A stretch of DNA of 64,000 nucleotides from the human T2T-CHM13v2.0 reference genome, Homo sapiens: the NCBI RefSeq assembly GCF_009914755.1, contig NC_060939.1. One strand, 5' to 3'. Positions 10,675 through 24,215 of the stretch are shown one piece after another (within the stretch, counting starts at the first letter, position 1; each line of letters starts with the position of its first letter). The notes beneath the pieces were generated by a model. It worked only from the letters and a program-made list of their open reading frames with translations, ran no database searches and was not told the DNA's origin. A program made the position numbers and the translations under genes.

Positions 10675-12443
10675 GCATACTGCTCATCAGGGGCTAGAGA
10701 GAGGGACAACATCCGTTTGTTGACAAGGGCTGTGTCAACACTTGGGATGGGGTCGTCTTTGGGTGAAGTGGAGTAGCTGGGCATTTTGGACTTCTGTGGC
10801 TGAGAGACAGCTTAGTTGAAGCACTTCCCTCTGCGCAGCTATGTGTGTCCTTGATTCAAACTCCTTGGCTCCTGCACTCCCCAGAGGAAGACAGTGGCTT
10901 CTGCATGGGGACACCACACAATGTTGTTCCTGTGCACTTCTTTGGTTCACTTTCACCCTCATTTGGGGACGTGGCAGTTCCCATGGTGTTTAGGTAGCAT
11001 TGAGGGCAGGCAGTCCTCAGGAGGATGTTGATGCTGATTTGCTTTCTGCAGAGGAGCCAGAGAGGGTATCCATGTTGAACTTGTATATCCATAGGAGGAA
11101 ACCAGTCCCATGGCCCCTGAAGGGTCCTGGCAGTGGGAAGGGGAGAGGTCTGCATGTGCATGTACTGGACAGCATATTCCATGTGGGTCATGGAGTGATG
11201 ACTGTGGGCCTCTTTCGGGCATTGTAGCAGGCCCCCATTTCATTTCATGATGACCTCGGGGTGCTGGGACAGGAATGTGATTGCGGGTCCACGTGCTTCT
11301 GCAACTCCTCAGACTGACTTGGTTTGGAAGGTCTGTGTTCAGGACCCTCTGTGAGATGCTTGTCTCCATTAGGCATTTGAGCTTATATCGGCCCAGGGTT
11401 TCTACCTATCGTAGGTTGTGCATACTTTGCCTCTGAACCACTCAGGCACCTCGATGCAGTCAACGTGCCCGATTATAAGAGTGTGACTTCCCATATCCTG
11501 GTGATCTCTACTCGGAAACATGGTCCAGGAAGGTCTCTGTGCTTAAATACCTTAGTAGCTCGTGATGTTAGGTTATTTTCTAATTCCTCCTAATTCTTCC
11601 CAGGAGTCTTCTTTGTGAAATAGTCATCTTGTTGTAGGACAGGGCTGGTATCCACAGGCAGTGATGCATAGGTTTTGCACTGCGCGGCCATGTTCAAAGG
11701 CAAGTGCCTTAAAATGTATGGTGTTCTCAGCCACAGTGCCTTAGAAGCCATGTGGGATTCAGTGTGTCTGGTGGTCCTCTGAGCTGCACCTGTGAGGAAG
11801 ACGCTGAGGTAGAGGTTAAGTTGTTATTGAACGTTTTTCTCAATCTGAAAAGTGTTCAAGCAGCCCAGGGTGAAAAGTCTTCAAGACTGAAGGAAAATTG
11901 CCTTTTGTACTGGAAGAGTTTTTCCCCAAAACTCTCCTCATTTAAATAGCCCTGTGGCTTGTGTCTTCTCTGATGACCAAGAGGAGGGCTTTTGAGTCAG
12001 TGATGGCAAATGAGTGGTTTTGAGAGAGTTCTTACACTTAGGGCTCTGTAGCTTGATGGTGCCTTCAAAATTAACACGTGCCTGCTATCTTCATTCCTGG
12101 GTAGACCCATACACCCATCCCAAAAGGGGAGTAGCCTGTGGGAAGCACATATGGGATATACCACAGTGAGTCGAGTGGAATGGCCCTTTTGACATGTGTA
12201 CCTGCCTCCCGTTCTTAAGCACACCCGTTTTTCCTCTGCACTTCCCAGGTGTTGTGGCCATGGAAGTAAGGCCAGTGGCTACGAGGGACAGTCTTCATCT
12301 TGGGAGATCCCTAGAGAGGGCAGGGAGCCCCTTGACATGTGGAATGTGATCTCTGTTGGGTGCTGGTGGATCCCACAGGTTGGTAAATGTCCATTTTCCA
12401 AAAGCCCCTGATGTTCCTTCTTTGCAGGGATAAAGACTGTGCA

Positions 12444-12537
12444 TGGATCGATGATGACCTCAATACATGCATTCCTTGGAAAGCTGAACAAAATGAGTGA
12501 AAACTCTATACCGTCGTCCTCGTCAAACTGAGGTCCA
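12444..12537 (+). ncRNA. SNORD116-23: C/D box snoRNA SNORD116, group II
   Basis: Intact boxes; 94 nt; variants CCTCAATACATGC and GTCGTCC. Confidence 0.95.
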
Positions 12538-14694
12538 GCACGTGGCTCCAACTGGAGCTGGAGAGAGAGAGACAACTTCCATTGGTTGATGTGGGTTGCA
12601 CTAAGCCATCCATCCAGGCTTAGGATGGGGTCCACTTTGGATCAAAGGGAGTCACAGGGCAGTAGGTGCTCCTGTGCAGAGGAGATTCCTTGTGTGAAGG
12701 ACTTCTCTTTGTGAGGCTGGGTAGCACGCACAATGTCTGCAGGACTGGGTGAATGTGCAGGTGGCACAGAAGAGTTAGCCGGTAACCCGCCTCTGTGTGG
12801 CCAGGTTTGTCCTTGAGTGCTGGCTCTGGGTTCCCTTGTTCCCCAGAGGTAGATAGCTCCTTGTGGTTGGGAAGAGAGCCCAAGGCCACATCTTTGTTGT
12901 TCTTTGGCTCATTTTTTTTCATGGCTGAGGACTTTTTAGTGCCCATGGTGTTTTCGTAGCAGCAGTGGAAGTCAGTTGTGAGGAGGTTGGTGATGCTTAT
13001 TTTCTTTCTGGAGAGTACCCTGTAGATCGGCTCCATTTATGATTTGTGTGTCTCCAGGGAGAAACTGAAATCCCATGGCTGGTGATGGATACTCCAGGTG
13101 GGAATGAGAAAGCGCCATACATGTGTTGACTTGGTACCCTAAGATGGGGATGGTCCGCCACATTTGCGCGTCTGTTTTGCATGGTGTGTACTGCACATCA
13201 CAAATGCCATGTTGGCCTTAGGGTGCTGGGAATGGAATATGATCTGATGTCTACATGGGAGGGCCTTTCAGCAGATTGCTTTTGTTTCCTGACAGTCTTT
13301 GCTCCATCCCCAGTCACACGTGTTTTTCTCCAGGGAACATTTTATTGGAGTATATCAGGTCGATATCAGAAAAAAAAATGTTGTGGTTATCCCAACATTA
13401 AGTGTGGTGATGTAACAGCAGTGTGGATGGTAGCTCAAGTGAACAGTGGCAAAACCAAAATATATTGGTTTACGTAAGTGACCCTATTCTCTCCTATGTT
13501 TGAAGTCTGGTATGCATCTCTTTCTGCAATAATCTCAGTGATCTGGAAACTTTCAGGAGGTCTTTTTTAGATATTTTATGTCCTTGTGGTTGTACTCATA
13601 CTCCCTGCAGTGCTAAGTCTGAGTCATTCTGCTATCCTAGTGCTACTGGAATTTCTATTGTTTTGGGGGCACTGTCTGGTCATTGTGGATACCTCTCTTG
13701 GGGCCCTTTAATAAGAAGTATGTTAGAGGTCGGTTTTGGGGCAGTGTTGACCTCCTGCCTAAGGTCAAAGGCAGTTTTCTTCCTAAATCTTATTGCAGGA
13801 TTCACTGCCTGGGGGTTGTGTGACAGGGAGAGCACAAAATTAGGGTATCCCATGTGGACTTGTGTCCAGTATCAAGGCAGTGTTGGATAATTTTCTATAT
13901 CCACAAGGCTCCCACTGGACTCTTTATGTCCAGCAGACATTCACAGGCCAACTTTTCTCTTACACAGGGGGCCTCATTCCTGCCATGTGTAGCTTCCATG
14001 GAACCATCCTTCAGGTTTTAAGTGCAAGGATTTCTCTCAAGAGTTTAATTTGTTTCTTTAAGACACCGTTTTCTTTTCTATAAATTCTGCTTTCTGTGGT
14101 TTGTAGCACAGATGAAATTGCCAGGTCATATTCTACATTTCTGCCCAATCTTGGATTAGTGAGCCTTTGAAATATGTTCCTTGATCACTGGCAATGGTTC
14201 TTGGAATACCAGAACTTAGTTACAAGCATTGCAGACCTACAGAGGTTTGTTGTTATTTTTAACTGCATGAAGCAGTGGGTTTGTTTGTATCTTGTCACTC
14301 ACGGCTGTCAGCAAAACTTAGGTGTTGCTAAACCAGACCACACCCATGAATTATAGTGCCTCTGGTTCCTTCTGTAGTAGCCTGTGGGAAGTAGATACAG
14401 GATGCACCACAAGGGAATGAATGGCATGGCCCTTGAGACCTGTGTACCTGCTTGCCTTTCTCAAGCACACCTGTTTTGCCTCTAATTCCTAGGTGGTCTG
14501 GCATGGAAGAAGGCCAGAGGCTGCGATGGATCATCTTTGTCTTGGGAGATTCCTGGAGATGGTGGGGAGCCCCTGGGCACGTGCAGCATATGTGGCGTGG
14601 GCTTCTTCAGGTGCTGGTGGATCCCTCAGGATGGTAAATGTCCATTTTCCAAAATCTTCTGATATTCCATCTTTGTAGGTACAAAGACTGTGCA

Positions 14695-14788
14695 TGGATC
14701 GATGATGACTTTTATACATGCATTCCTTGGAAAGCTGAACAAAATGAGTGAAAACTCTATACCGTCATCTTCGTTGAACTGAGGTCCA
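14695..14788 (+). ncRNA. SNORD116-24: C/D box snoRNA SNORD116, group II
   Basis: Intact boxes; 94 nt; variants CTTTTATAC and TCTTCGTTGAA. Confidence 0.95.
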
Positions 14789-16632
14789 GCACATTGCTCC
14801 AACAGTGGGTAGATAGAGAGGGAAAACTTCCATTTGTTGACGCAGGTTCCATTGAGGGGTTTGTCCAGGCTTAGGATGGGGTCCCCTTTGGGCAAAGGGA
14901 GTCACAGGGGAGTGCGGCCTCCTGTGCACAGGAGATTCCTTGTGTGAAGGATTTACCTCTGTGAGAGCAGGGTAGCACACATAACTATGCAGGAGCAGGT
15001 GAATGTGCAGGTGGCACAGGAAGAGTTAGATGGCAGCCTGTCTCTGCACAGCGAGGTTTGACTTGTCCTAGCTCTGCATTCCCTCATCCCTTAGAGGAAG
15101 TTGGTTTCTTCAGAAGACTTAAATTTGTGGAATTCAGTAGAATATTATCCACATAATGTTCCCAGTGAATGCTAGGCATATCACCCAAGATGGCCAGGCC
15201 TCTGGCCATAAACCATAGTAAATAGTAGGGTGTGCATATATCCATTAGGGAGAACCTGAAAGGTCCTTTTTTGGCCCTCCAAGGTGAATGCCTGCAAAAG
15301 CAAGCGAAGCACGCTATCTGCCTGCATGAGCCCCATGTACCTGGCGTGGCCTGTGCTCCTCACCGTGTGTCCCACTTCTGCTGCCCCTTCGCCTTGCCAG
15401 GTGGAGTCTGACTGATTTTTTGCCACTGCTGCCACCACAGGCCACCTGGAGCCCCAGCCAGTTTGAGGAAAGTGGCTCTGCTTGATTTTCCTTTTTTCTT
15501 TTTTTTTCCTCTTTTTTTCTCCATTTCTGACTTCAGCAGGTGGGACTTGGAGCTTCTGCTTCTGCAGCCACAGAAGACTCCCCAGTTTGGAGGGCTGTGG
15601 TTGTGGGCTCCCTAAGCATCTCTCTGCAGAGCCTCTTTGTTTTCCATTTTACCCACCATGTCAATAATTTAACACAGTGGCGGAGGAGTTCATGTCTCTT
15701 CCTATTTGTCATTACTCTTCTAACTTTCACAGCTGTACTCGGCTACTGGTCAGAATAAGAGAAAAAGCAGTGGAACCAGGAGGATCCTACAAGAAATATT
15801 CCATTTCACTTTTGTTTGTGCATATACCTTTTCTGTTTAAATGTGGACTTCGATTTGATATGCTTCCAGTGCAGACACAGATCCCATATGTAAGAGAGTA
15901 TGGAGTTGCATAGAAAGAAGACTTGTCATTTTCCTGTACTGTTGGTGTTCTAATCTGTCTTCGTGGTTTTTGCCTCTTCTGGCTTTAGAAGATACACCAA
16001 CATGGTTTTGCAACATAGCCTCTTCTTATTTTAGTAAGGGACCAAATGTGCATGTCAGTAACAGGTGTTACCTTGAATTGGGATCAGTGCTTGTGTGACT
16101 ATATTCAGTGATGTCATTTTCTGTCACACTCAAGTCACAAAATATTTAACCACTTATTTTTTTATCTCTGGAGGAATAATCCAAAAGATTGTACTGGTAA
16201 AGCCAGAACAATTTCCAATTATGCTAATTATTTGTATAATACTTAGTTGGCTTTATCTGTGGTTTGTTGGCTTATTTTCCTGTAGCTTTTCAAGGTTTTT
16301 CTATGAGTTCTGTTAAAGAGTCTGAAAATGGAGCGTAGAAGACATGCTTCGATTTCCAGGATGGTTGTGTTTTCCAGAGAGGCGGAGGTAAACCACTGGC
16401 GCAGCCCTGCCTCCCACAGATAATTCCGGGTGCAGTGTTTCATATCTAGACTTGGACTTCTATCCTACCATACTTCTTTGTGTGCAGGTATTTTTGGGGA
16501 TAAAATCCTTGTTTTCAGCTGTATAGATGTCTTGCACATACTCTTTTGATGGTTTGATTTATCCATTGTGTTCAGCACGTTTCAGTGAGCAAGATATGGG
16601 ATTTAATTTCCAATATAAAATCCATGACTGCT

Positions 16633-16925
16633 GGCCGGGCGCAGTGGCTTATGCCTGTAATCCCAGCACTTTGGGAGGCCATGGTGGGCAGATCACGAGG
16701 TCAGGAGTTCAAGATCATCCTGGCCAACATGGCAAAACCCCATCTCTACTAAAAATACAAAAATTACCCATGCGTGGTGTTGTGTGCCTATAGTCCCAGT
16801 TACTCAGGAGGCTGAGGCAAGAGAATCCCCTGATCCTGGGAGGTGGAGGTTGCAGTGAGCTAAGATCATGTCACTGTATTCCAGCCTGGGCGATAGAGAC
16901 TCTGGCTCAAAAAAAAAAAAAAAAA
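16633..16925 (+). mobile_element. Alu (AluS-like)
   Basis: GGCCGGGCGCAGTGGC start, dimer linker, poly(A) tail. Confidence 0.95.
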
Positions 16926-18318
16926 GAATGTTATAATTATTTTCAGCCTCATGTCTCCGTGTCACACACAGGTCCATGAAGCTGTGTTCTTTTTTTTTTT
17001 TTTTTTTTTTTTCAGAGTATTTTCTTTCTTGTCCAGATTAGCTAAATTGGATTGTTCTATGCTAAATTCACTTAATCACTACTCTATTATTTTTGAATTT
17101 TTTAGTTCTGTTTTTTTCACTTGGTTCTTTTTTTAAAAAAACTTCTACTACCTTTCTGAGACTTCTACTTTTTTACTTTTTTCAAGAAGCTTTATAATTA
17201 CTTGCTAAAGCATTTTTACCATGACTGTTTTTAACTTCTTCAGATAACCACAACATTTGGTTAATCTTGAGGTTGGCTTGGTTAACTGTCTTTTCTCATC
17301 CTGCTTATGATTTTCCTTCTAATTGTGATTTTTCCGGTTCTTGATAGATGGGTGATGTTTTAGTTTATCCTGCATTTTTTTTTCCTTTTTAAGTTAGAGG
17401 AATCTGAATCTATTCAAATGTTTTATTTTAGCAGGCATGTGCCCTGTTTAGGTTTAATTTGAATGTCCTGTCCTACTTTTGTAGGCCATGTTTTCGCAGG
17501 CAGTCTTGCTATCAGAGCTGAGGGGATGCTGTTTTGATCACTTAGTTTATCTGATGTTGCTGGGCCTCCAACTGGTGCTGACTGGTACTTCCTGAGATGG
17601 CGAAGGTTTTTCTGTACTCTGAGATGCCGTGTATCTCTATGTAAGGGGAGGAGACTCTGGACCACAGGAATGAAGAGAACATCTTAGGTCAGGCAGCTCA
17701 ATCATATGCGATAACCTGGGTCAACCAGCCAGTAGCCTCATGAAGTATGGGAGGGAATTCTCCAGTGTCAGCATTCAAAGACATCATGAGTTTTTACTTC
17801 TCATTTTCTTTTAAGTGAAATAATCGCATGGAAATTAAAGAATAAATATATGAAATATATGAAACTTATATGAAATATAAGAATGTGAGAAGGCCTACAG
17901 CGTGGGGATCCCCAGGCTATTTGAACAATGAATGTCTGTGTTACACATCTTTGCTCACTTTTTCTCTATTTTTGTAGTTCATTGTGGAACCAGCACAGAT
18001 TTTCATACGAAAGTTATTTCTTTTTAACCTCAAAAAGTGACAGAATGGAGTGTATCATGAAAAAGTCTGACATCAAAACCTCAAAATGTGATATTGGTAA
18101 GCATTTTGTCCTGAGAATACCAGCATTTCCTCTTAGGGGATCATGACACTGCAGTGACCATGTGACCCTGGCTGTGCTAGTCAGCCTGGGCTGTTCATTG
18201 ACTGTGATGCTGGTCTCCATGTGATTGACTAGTGTGGGTCAGTGCCTCCAAAGGTGACAGCTGTGTGCTCAGTGTCTGCCACATATCTCAGGCTCAAGGT
18301 CCCTTTTATAAATGTGCC

Positions 18319-18412
18319 TGGATCGATGATGACTTTAAAATGGATCTCATCGGAATCTGAACAAAATGAGTGACCAAATCACTTCTGTGCCACTTCTGTG
18401 AGCTGAGGTCCA
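18319..18412 (+). ncRNA. SNORD116-25: C/D box snoRNA SNORD116, group III
   Basis: Same boxes and terminal stem, different guide regions (GGATCTCATCGGAAT; CACTTCTGTG x2); 94 nt. Confidence 0.95.
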
Positions 18413-20154
18413 GCACAGGGGCCATGCCAGACAAACACATGGAGGGTGTTTTGTTTGGTCAGCACTGGTACTATGAAACGGCCTGTGGAATTAGACAACT
18501 AACCAGCTCACATACAGTACAGGAAATTACTGGACAGTTAACCTACCAATATATGGTTGGGGGTAAGACGGAGACTTTTCAAATGCTTGGCTGGTAGCAT
18601 CTGTACACTACAGTGACCAGACACTGGGAGCCAGCACAGGAGTTATAGGATTTACAGGAAATTATTGTGTGAACCCACAAGCCATTCAGACATTTGTGTG
18701 AGCGCCCAGAATATTCTGGTTGATGGTTTGTTGCTTGATGGCAAAGAGATGTCAGCATTCAAAGACATCATGAGTTTTTACTTCTCCTTTTCTTTTAAGT
18801 GAAATAATTGCATGGAAATTAAAGAATAAATATCTTATATGAAATATATGAAACATATGAAATATAAGATATTTATTTATATCATATAAGATATAAATAT
18901 CTCATATGAAATCTTGTAGTATATTTTCATTTGATTGCCAACCCAGTCACTAGGACTGAAACAGTTGTTTATTTTTTGTTTTCCCATCAACCAAGCAAGC
19001 TATTTAATACATGTTTCAGTGCTGGTTTCAACTACATGTTGCAGCAAACATTTTTAGAAGTGATATTTCAAATTCTTGGATTTTCACATGGATTTCATTG
19101 TCTACTTTCATATGTCCTCCATGTGTGACCACTGTATTAATTAAAAGTTGTAATAAATGATTTTGAAAGGTATGTGCTGGAGGAACTTCGGGACAAATGT
19201 TTTAGAAAACATTATTTCCATAAAATTTGGATCAAAGATGTGAGCATAATTGTTCTTGTTATACAGATGGTCCAATGAGTGTCTAATGTGAATTCTTATA
19301 ACTGTTTATAACAAAGTAGTCCATGAAGCAAATTTTGTTTCACAACTTTCCTAATTTCCCCTGTACTCTGTAGATTGGGTGAGATAGAATTCCATGGAAT
19401 TTCATTGCCAAACCAGTGAAGTGCTAATTTTGACATTTGTACCAGCTAACGTAGCTGTGAAGAAACACACCAATACACTTCTAAGGTAACATTCAATTTT
19501 TAGTGAATTTATTTTTGTGAGTTATTTTTATTCTTTTAAGTAATCAAGAATTTATGTTCACAAGGAATTGGTTAATACTAACAGTTTCAGACATTAATGT
19601 TCTGATGAGCTGAGGCATCAATCTCCTTTTGATAAAGGTTTTGTTCTTTTCTCTACTTTGAATAACATATGAAATGTCCAACAGCAGTTCTAAGTTAGTG
19701 TATATTCCATATATGTTAATAGTGAAACATCCTGTCTTATGCAAGGCTAAAAATTGTCCGTGTATACTTCTCAGATTTGTATACATACTCTCTTCCTACA
19801 GGACAGCATAGACCAAGATCTAGGTTTCATATGGATGAATTTATTCTTCCCTTTGAGGCAAGACAAGAAGGAAAGAAAGTATTGGGAATAATGCTGCCCT
19901 CCCATCCTCAAGGGCCAGTGGGAACTCTAATATTGGTAAGCCTTTTGTCCTGAAAATACCAGCATTTCCTCTTAGGGAATCATAACACTCTGCTAACCGT
20001 GAGACTCTGGCTATGCTAGTCCGCCATGGGCTGGTCATTGACTGTGATCCTGGTCTCCATGATTGAATAGTGTGGGTCAGTGTGTCCCAGAGTGACAGAT
20101 GTGCTCAGTGTCTGCCACATATCTCAGACTCAAGGTCCCTTTTATAAATGTGCC

Positions 20155-20252
20155 TGGATCGATGATGACTATAAAAAAAATGGATCTCATCGGAATCTGA
20201 ACAAAATGAGTGACCAAATCATTTCTGTGCCACTTCTGTGAGCTGAGGTCCA
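20155..20252 (+). ncRNA. SNORD116-26: C/D box snoRNA SNORD116, group III
   Basis: Intact boxes; 98 nt with an A8 run. Confidence 0.95.
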
Positions 20253-20510
20253 GCACTGGGACCATGCCAGGCAAACATGAGGAGGGAGTTTACAGGGACT
20301 AGGGTATTGGAAAACTAACCTACCCATATATATTAGAGCAAATGAATTGTTCTCAGTTCTGTAAATATCCAGCTGTGGTTTGACATAGCAACTCTCTTTG
20401 TATTTGCTTGGCAGCATTTATAGAAACAGCTGGTAGACCCTGGGGAACCAGGGCATAGTGAGATTCATGGGACGTTATTTCACCTACTCTTGAGCCATTC
20501 ACACATTTGA

Positions 20511-20890
<380 letters not shown>

Positions 20891-22230
20891 TTACTTTTTA
20901 TTTTCAATTAAGTGAAACAATTACATGGAAATTGAAAAAAAAAAAAGGTACTCTAAGTAGACTACTCTAGTGTATTTTAATTTTCTTGCCAATTCAGCCA
21001 CTAGGATTGTGTCACTTGTTTTTTTGATTTTAGTTTTTCGTATCAAAAAGCAAACCACTGTTTATATTTGAGTGCTGGTTTCAACTGTATGCTGCCTCAA
21101 ATAAACTTAGATTATATTACAAATTCTTTTTTACATAGATTTCATTGGCTATATTCATATATCCTCAAAGGTTTCCATTGTGTTTGAAGAGGTATCCTAA
21201 TTGTAATAAATGCTTTTGATTGGGGATGCCAGGGAAGCTTTGAGACTAATGTCTCAGATTTTTTTTAAAAAAGTTTATATTCTATAGTGATCAAAGATGT
21301 AAGAATAATTTTTCTTGTCATTCATTGGATAGTCCAGTGAGTGTCTACTGTGAATTCTTATATTCACTTGTAACTAAACATTCCATTTGGCAAATTTCGT
21401 TTCATAACTTCCCTAATTTCCTCTACACTTTGTAGATTGGGTGAGATACAATTCCATGGAATTTTACCACTGAACCAGTGGAGGGCTAATTTTGTCATTT
21501 GTACCAGTTAACTAACTTGGGAGGAAACAGAACAACACACTCCTGAGGTAGTATCCAATTTTTAGTAAATTTATTTTTATTATTTTTCAAACTGTCAGTG
21601 ATTTGGTTTGGTGAACAATAGGTTAATACAGACAATGTTAGGAATTATTAATCTGATGCGCTATCTGAAGCATCAGTTTCCTTTATTTTTAAGATTTTTT
21701 TCTTCTCTGTAGTTTGGATAATATTTAAAACATTTCCAAGAGTTATAAATTAGTATATTTTCTATGCTGATTAATAATGAAACCTTTTGTCTTATACAGA
21801 TTTTTAAAAAATGGACGTGTGCGTGCATGTGTATATATATAAATATATATATATATAAAATCTCTTCTCACAAGATGATGCAGACTAAAACTGCATTTTA
21901 CATTTTATATGGCTAAGTTTATTGTTTCCTTGTGTTGTAATATGATGGAAAGTAATGGGAATAATTCTGCTTCCTGTCCTTAGGGACCAGTAGGAATTTT
22001 CCCATGATAAGCATTTTGTCCTTAAAATACTGACATCCTGTTAAGAGATCATGACACTCCAATGACCATGAGACCCTGGCTATGCTAGTCAGCCAGGGGG
22101 CTGACCATTGACAGTGATGCTGGTCTCCATGATTAAATAGTGTGGGTCAGCATGTCCCAGGGTGACAGAAAGCTGTGTGATCAGTGTCTGTCACATATCT
22201 CAGACTCAGGGTTCCTTTTTAAAATGTGCC

Positions 22231-22324
22231 TGGATCGATGATGACTTAAAGATTTATCTAATTTAAATCTGAACAAAATGAGTGACCAAAACACTTCTGT
22301 ACCACTTCTGTGAGCTGAGGTCCA
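22231..22324 (+). ncRNA. SNORD116-27: C/D box snoRNA SNORD116, group III
   Basis: Intact boxes; 94 nt; divergent 5' guide GATTTATCTAATTTAAAT. Confidence 0.95.
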
Positions 22325-22688
22325 GCACAGAGACCACTCCAGTCAAACATGTGTTGCCTGGAGTTGCAACTAGTTGGTCAGTTAGAAGCAACCACAGGGA
22401 CTGGGGTATTTGAAAACCACTTGAGTGCATTTATTAGAGGAAACGAATTTTACATTTGTGTATAAAAATTCAATTGTAGGGTAAAATGGAAACTCTGAGA
22501 GTTTGGTTGGCGGCATCTATATACCATAGAAACAGAGCCTGGGAAGCAGAACAGTGAGACCCAAGAGAAATGTTCCTGCCTATACTTGGTCTGTTCTCAC
22601 ATTTGCCTGAGCTACTGATTGATCTTTTGAGGGTGATGAGATGGTCAAAATCCAAGGATATGATGAGTTTTTACTTCTCATTTTCTTT

Positions 22689-23485
22689 TTTTTTTTATTA
22701 TACTTTAAGTTTTGGGGTACATATGCAGAACGTGCAGGTTTGTTACATTGGTATACACGTGCCATGGTGGTTTGCTGCACCCATCAACCCATCATCTACA
22801 TTAGGTATTTCTCCTAATGCTATCCCTCCCCTAGCCCCTGACCCCCCAACAGGCCCTGGTGTGTGATGTTCCCTCCCTGTGTCCATGTGTTCTCATTGTT
22901 CACCTCCCACTTATGAGTGAGAACATGTGGTGTTTGGTTTTCTGTTCTTGTGTTAGTTTGCTGAAAATGATGGTTTCCAGTTTCGTTCATGTCCCTGCAA
23001 AGGACATGAACTCATGCTTTTTTATGGCTGCATAGTATTCCATGGTGTACATGTGCCACATTTTCTTTATCCAGTCTATCATTGATGGACATTTGGGTTG
23101 GTTCCAAGTCTTTGCTATTGTGAATAGTGCCGTAATAAACATATGTGTGCATGTGTCTTTATAGTAGCATGATTTATAATCCTTTAGATATATACCCAGT
23201 AATGGGATTGCTGAATCAAATGGTATTTCCAGTTCTAGATCCTAGAGGAATTGCCACACTGTCTTCCACAACGGTTGAACTAATTTACACTCCCACCAAC
23301 AGTGTAAAAGTGTTCCTATTTCTCCACATCCTCTCCAGCATTTGTTGTTTCCTGACTTTTTTTAATGATCGCCATTCTAACTGGCATGAGATGGTATCTC
23401 ATTGTGGTTTTGATACACATTTCTGTAATGACCAGTGATGATGAGCCTTTTTTCATGTTTGTTGGCTGCATAAATGTCTTCTTTT
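22689..23485 (-). mobile_element. 5'-truncated primate L1 (L1PA) 3' end
   Basis: TTATTATACTTTAAGTT L1 3' terminus; target-site duplication TTTTACTTCTCATTTTCTT on both flanks. Confidence 0.93.
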
Positions 23486-23637
23486 GTTTTACTTCTCATT
23501 TTCTTAAAGTGAAACAATTTCATGTGGTATCTTCCAAGTATATTTTAATCAGTTGCCAACCCAGCTGCTAAGATTGAACTGTTTCTTTTGTTCTTCTCTT
23601 GTTTTTTTCTATTAATTTAGCAAACAATTTTATATAT

Positions 23638-24215
<578 letters not shown>

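Larger units (their letters stand above)
1..15110 (+). repeat. Group II SNORD116 tandem repeat units
   Basis: Homologous flanks recur. snoRNA start-to-start spacings are 1145, 1481, 820, 1797, 1142, 1135, 1142, 1119, 1863 and 2251. Confidence 0.9.

Noticed and set aside
656-14980. Recurrent minus-strand ORFs containing AGPQFDEDDGIEFSLILFSFPRN
   Set aside because: This is the antisense translation of the conserved snoRNA. Starts, lengths and frames differ between units, so it is not a protein family.
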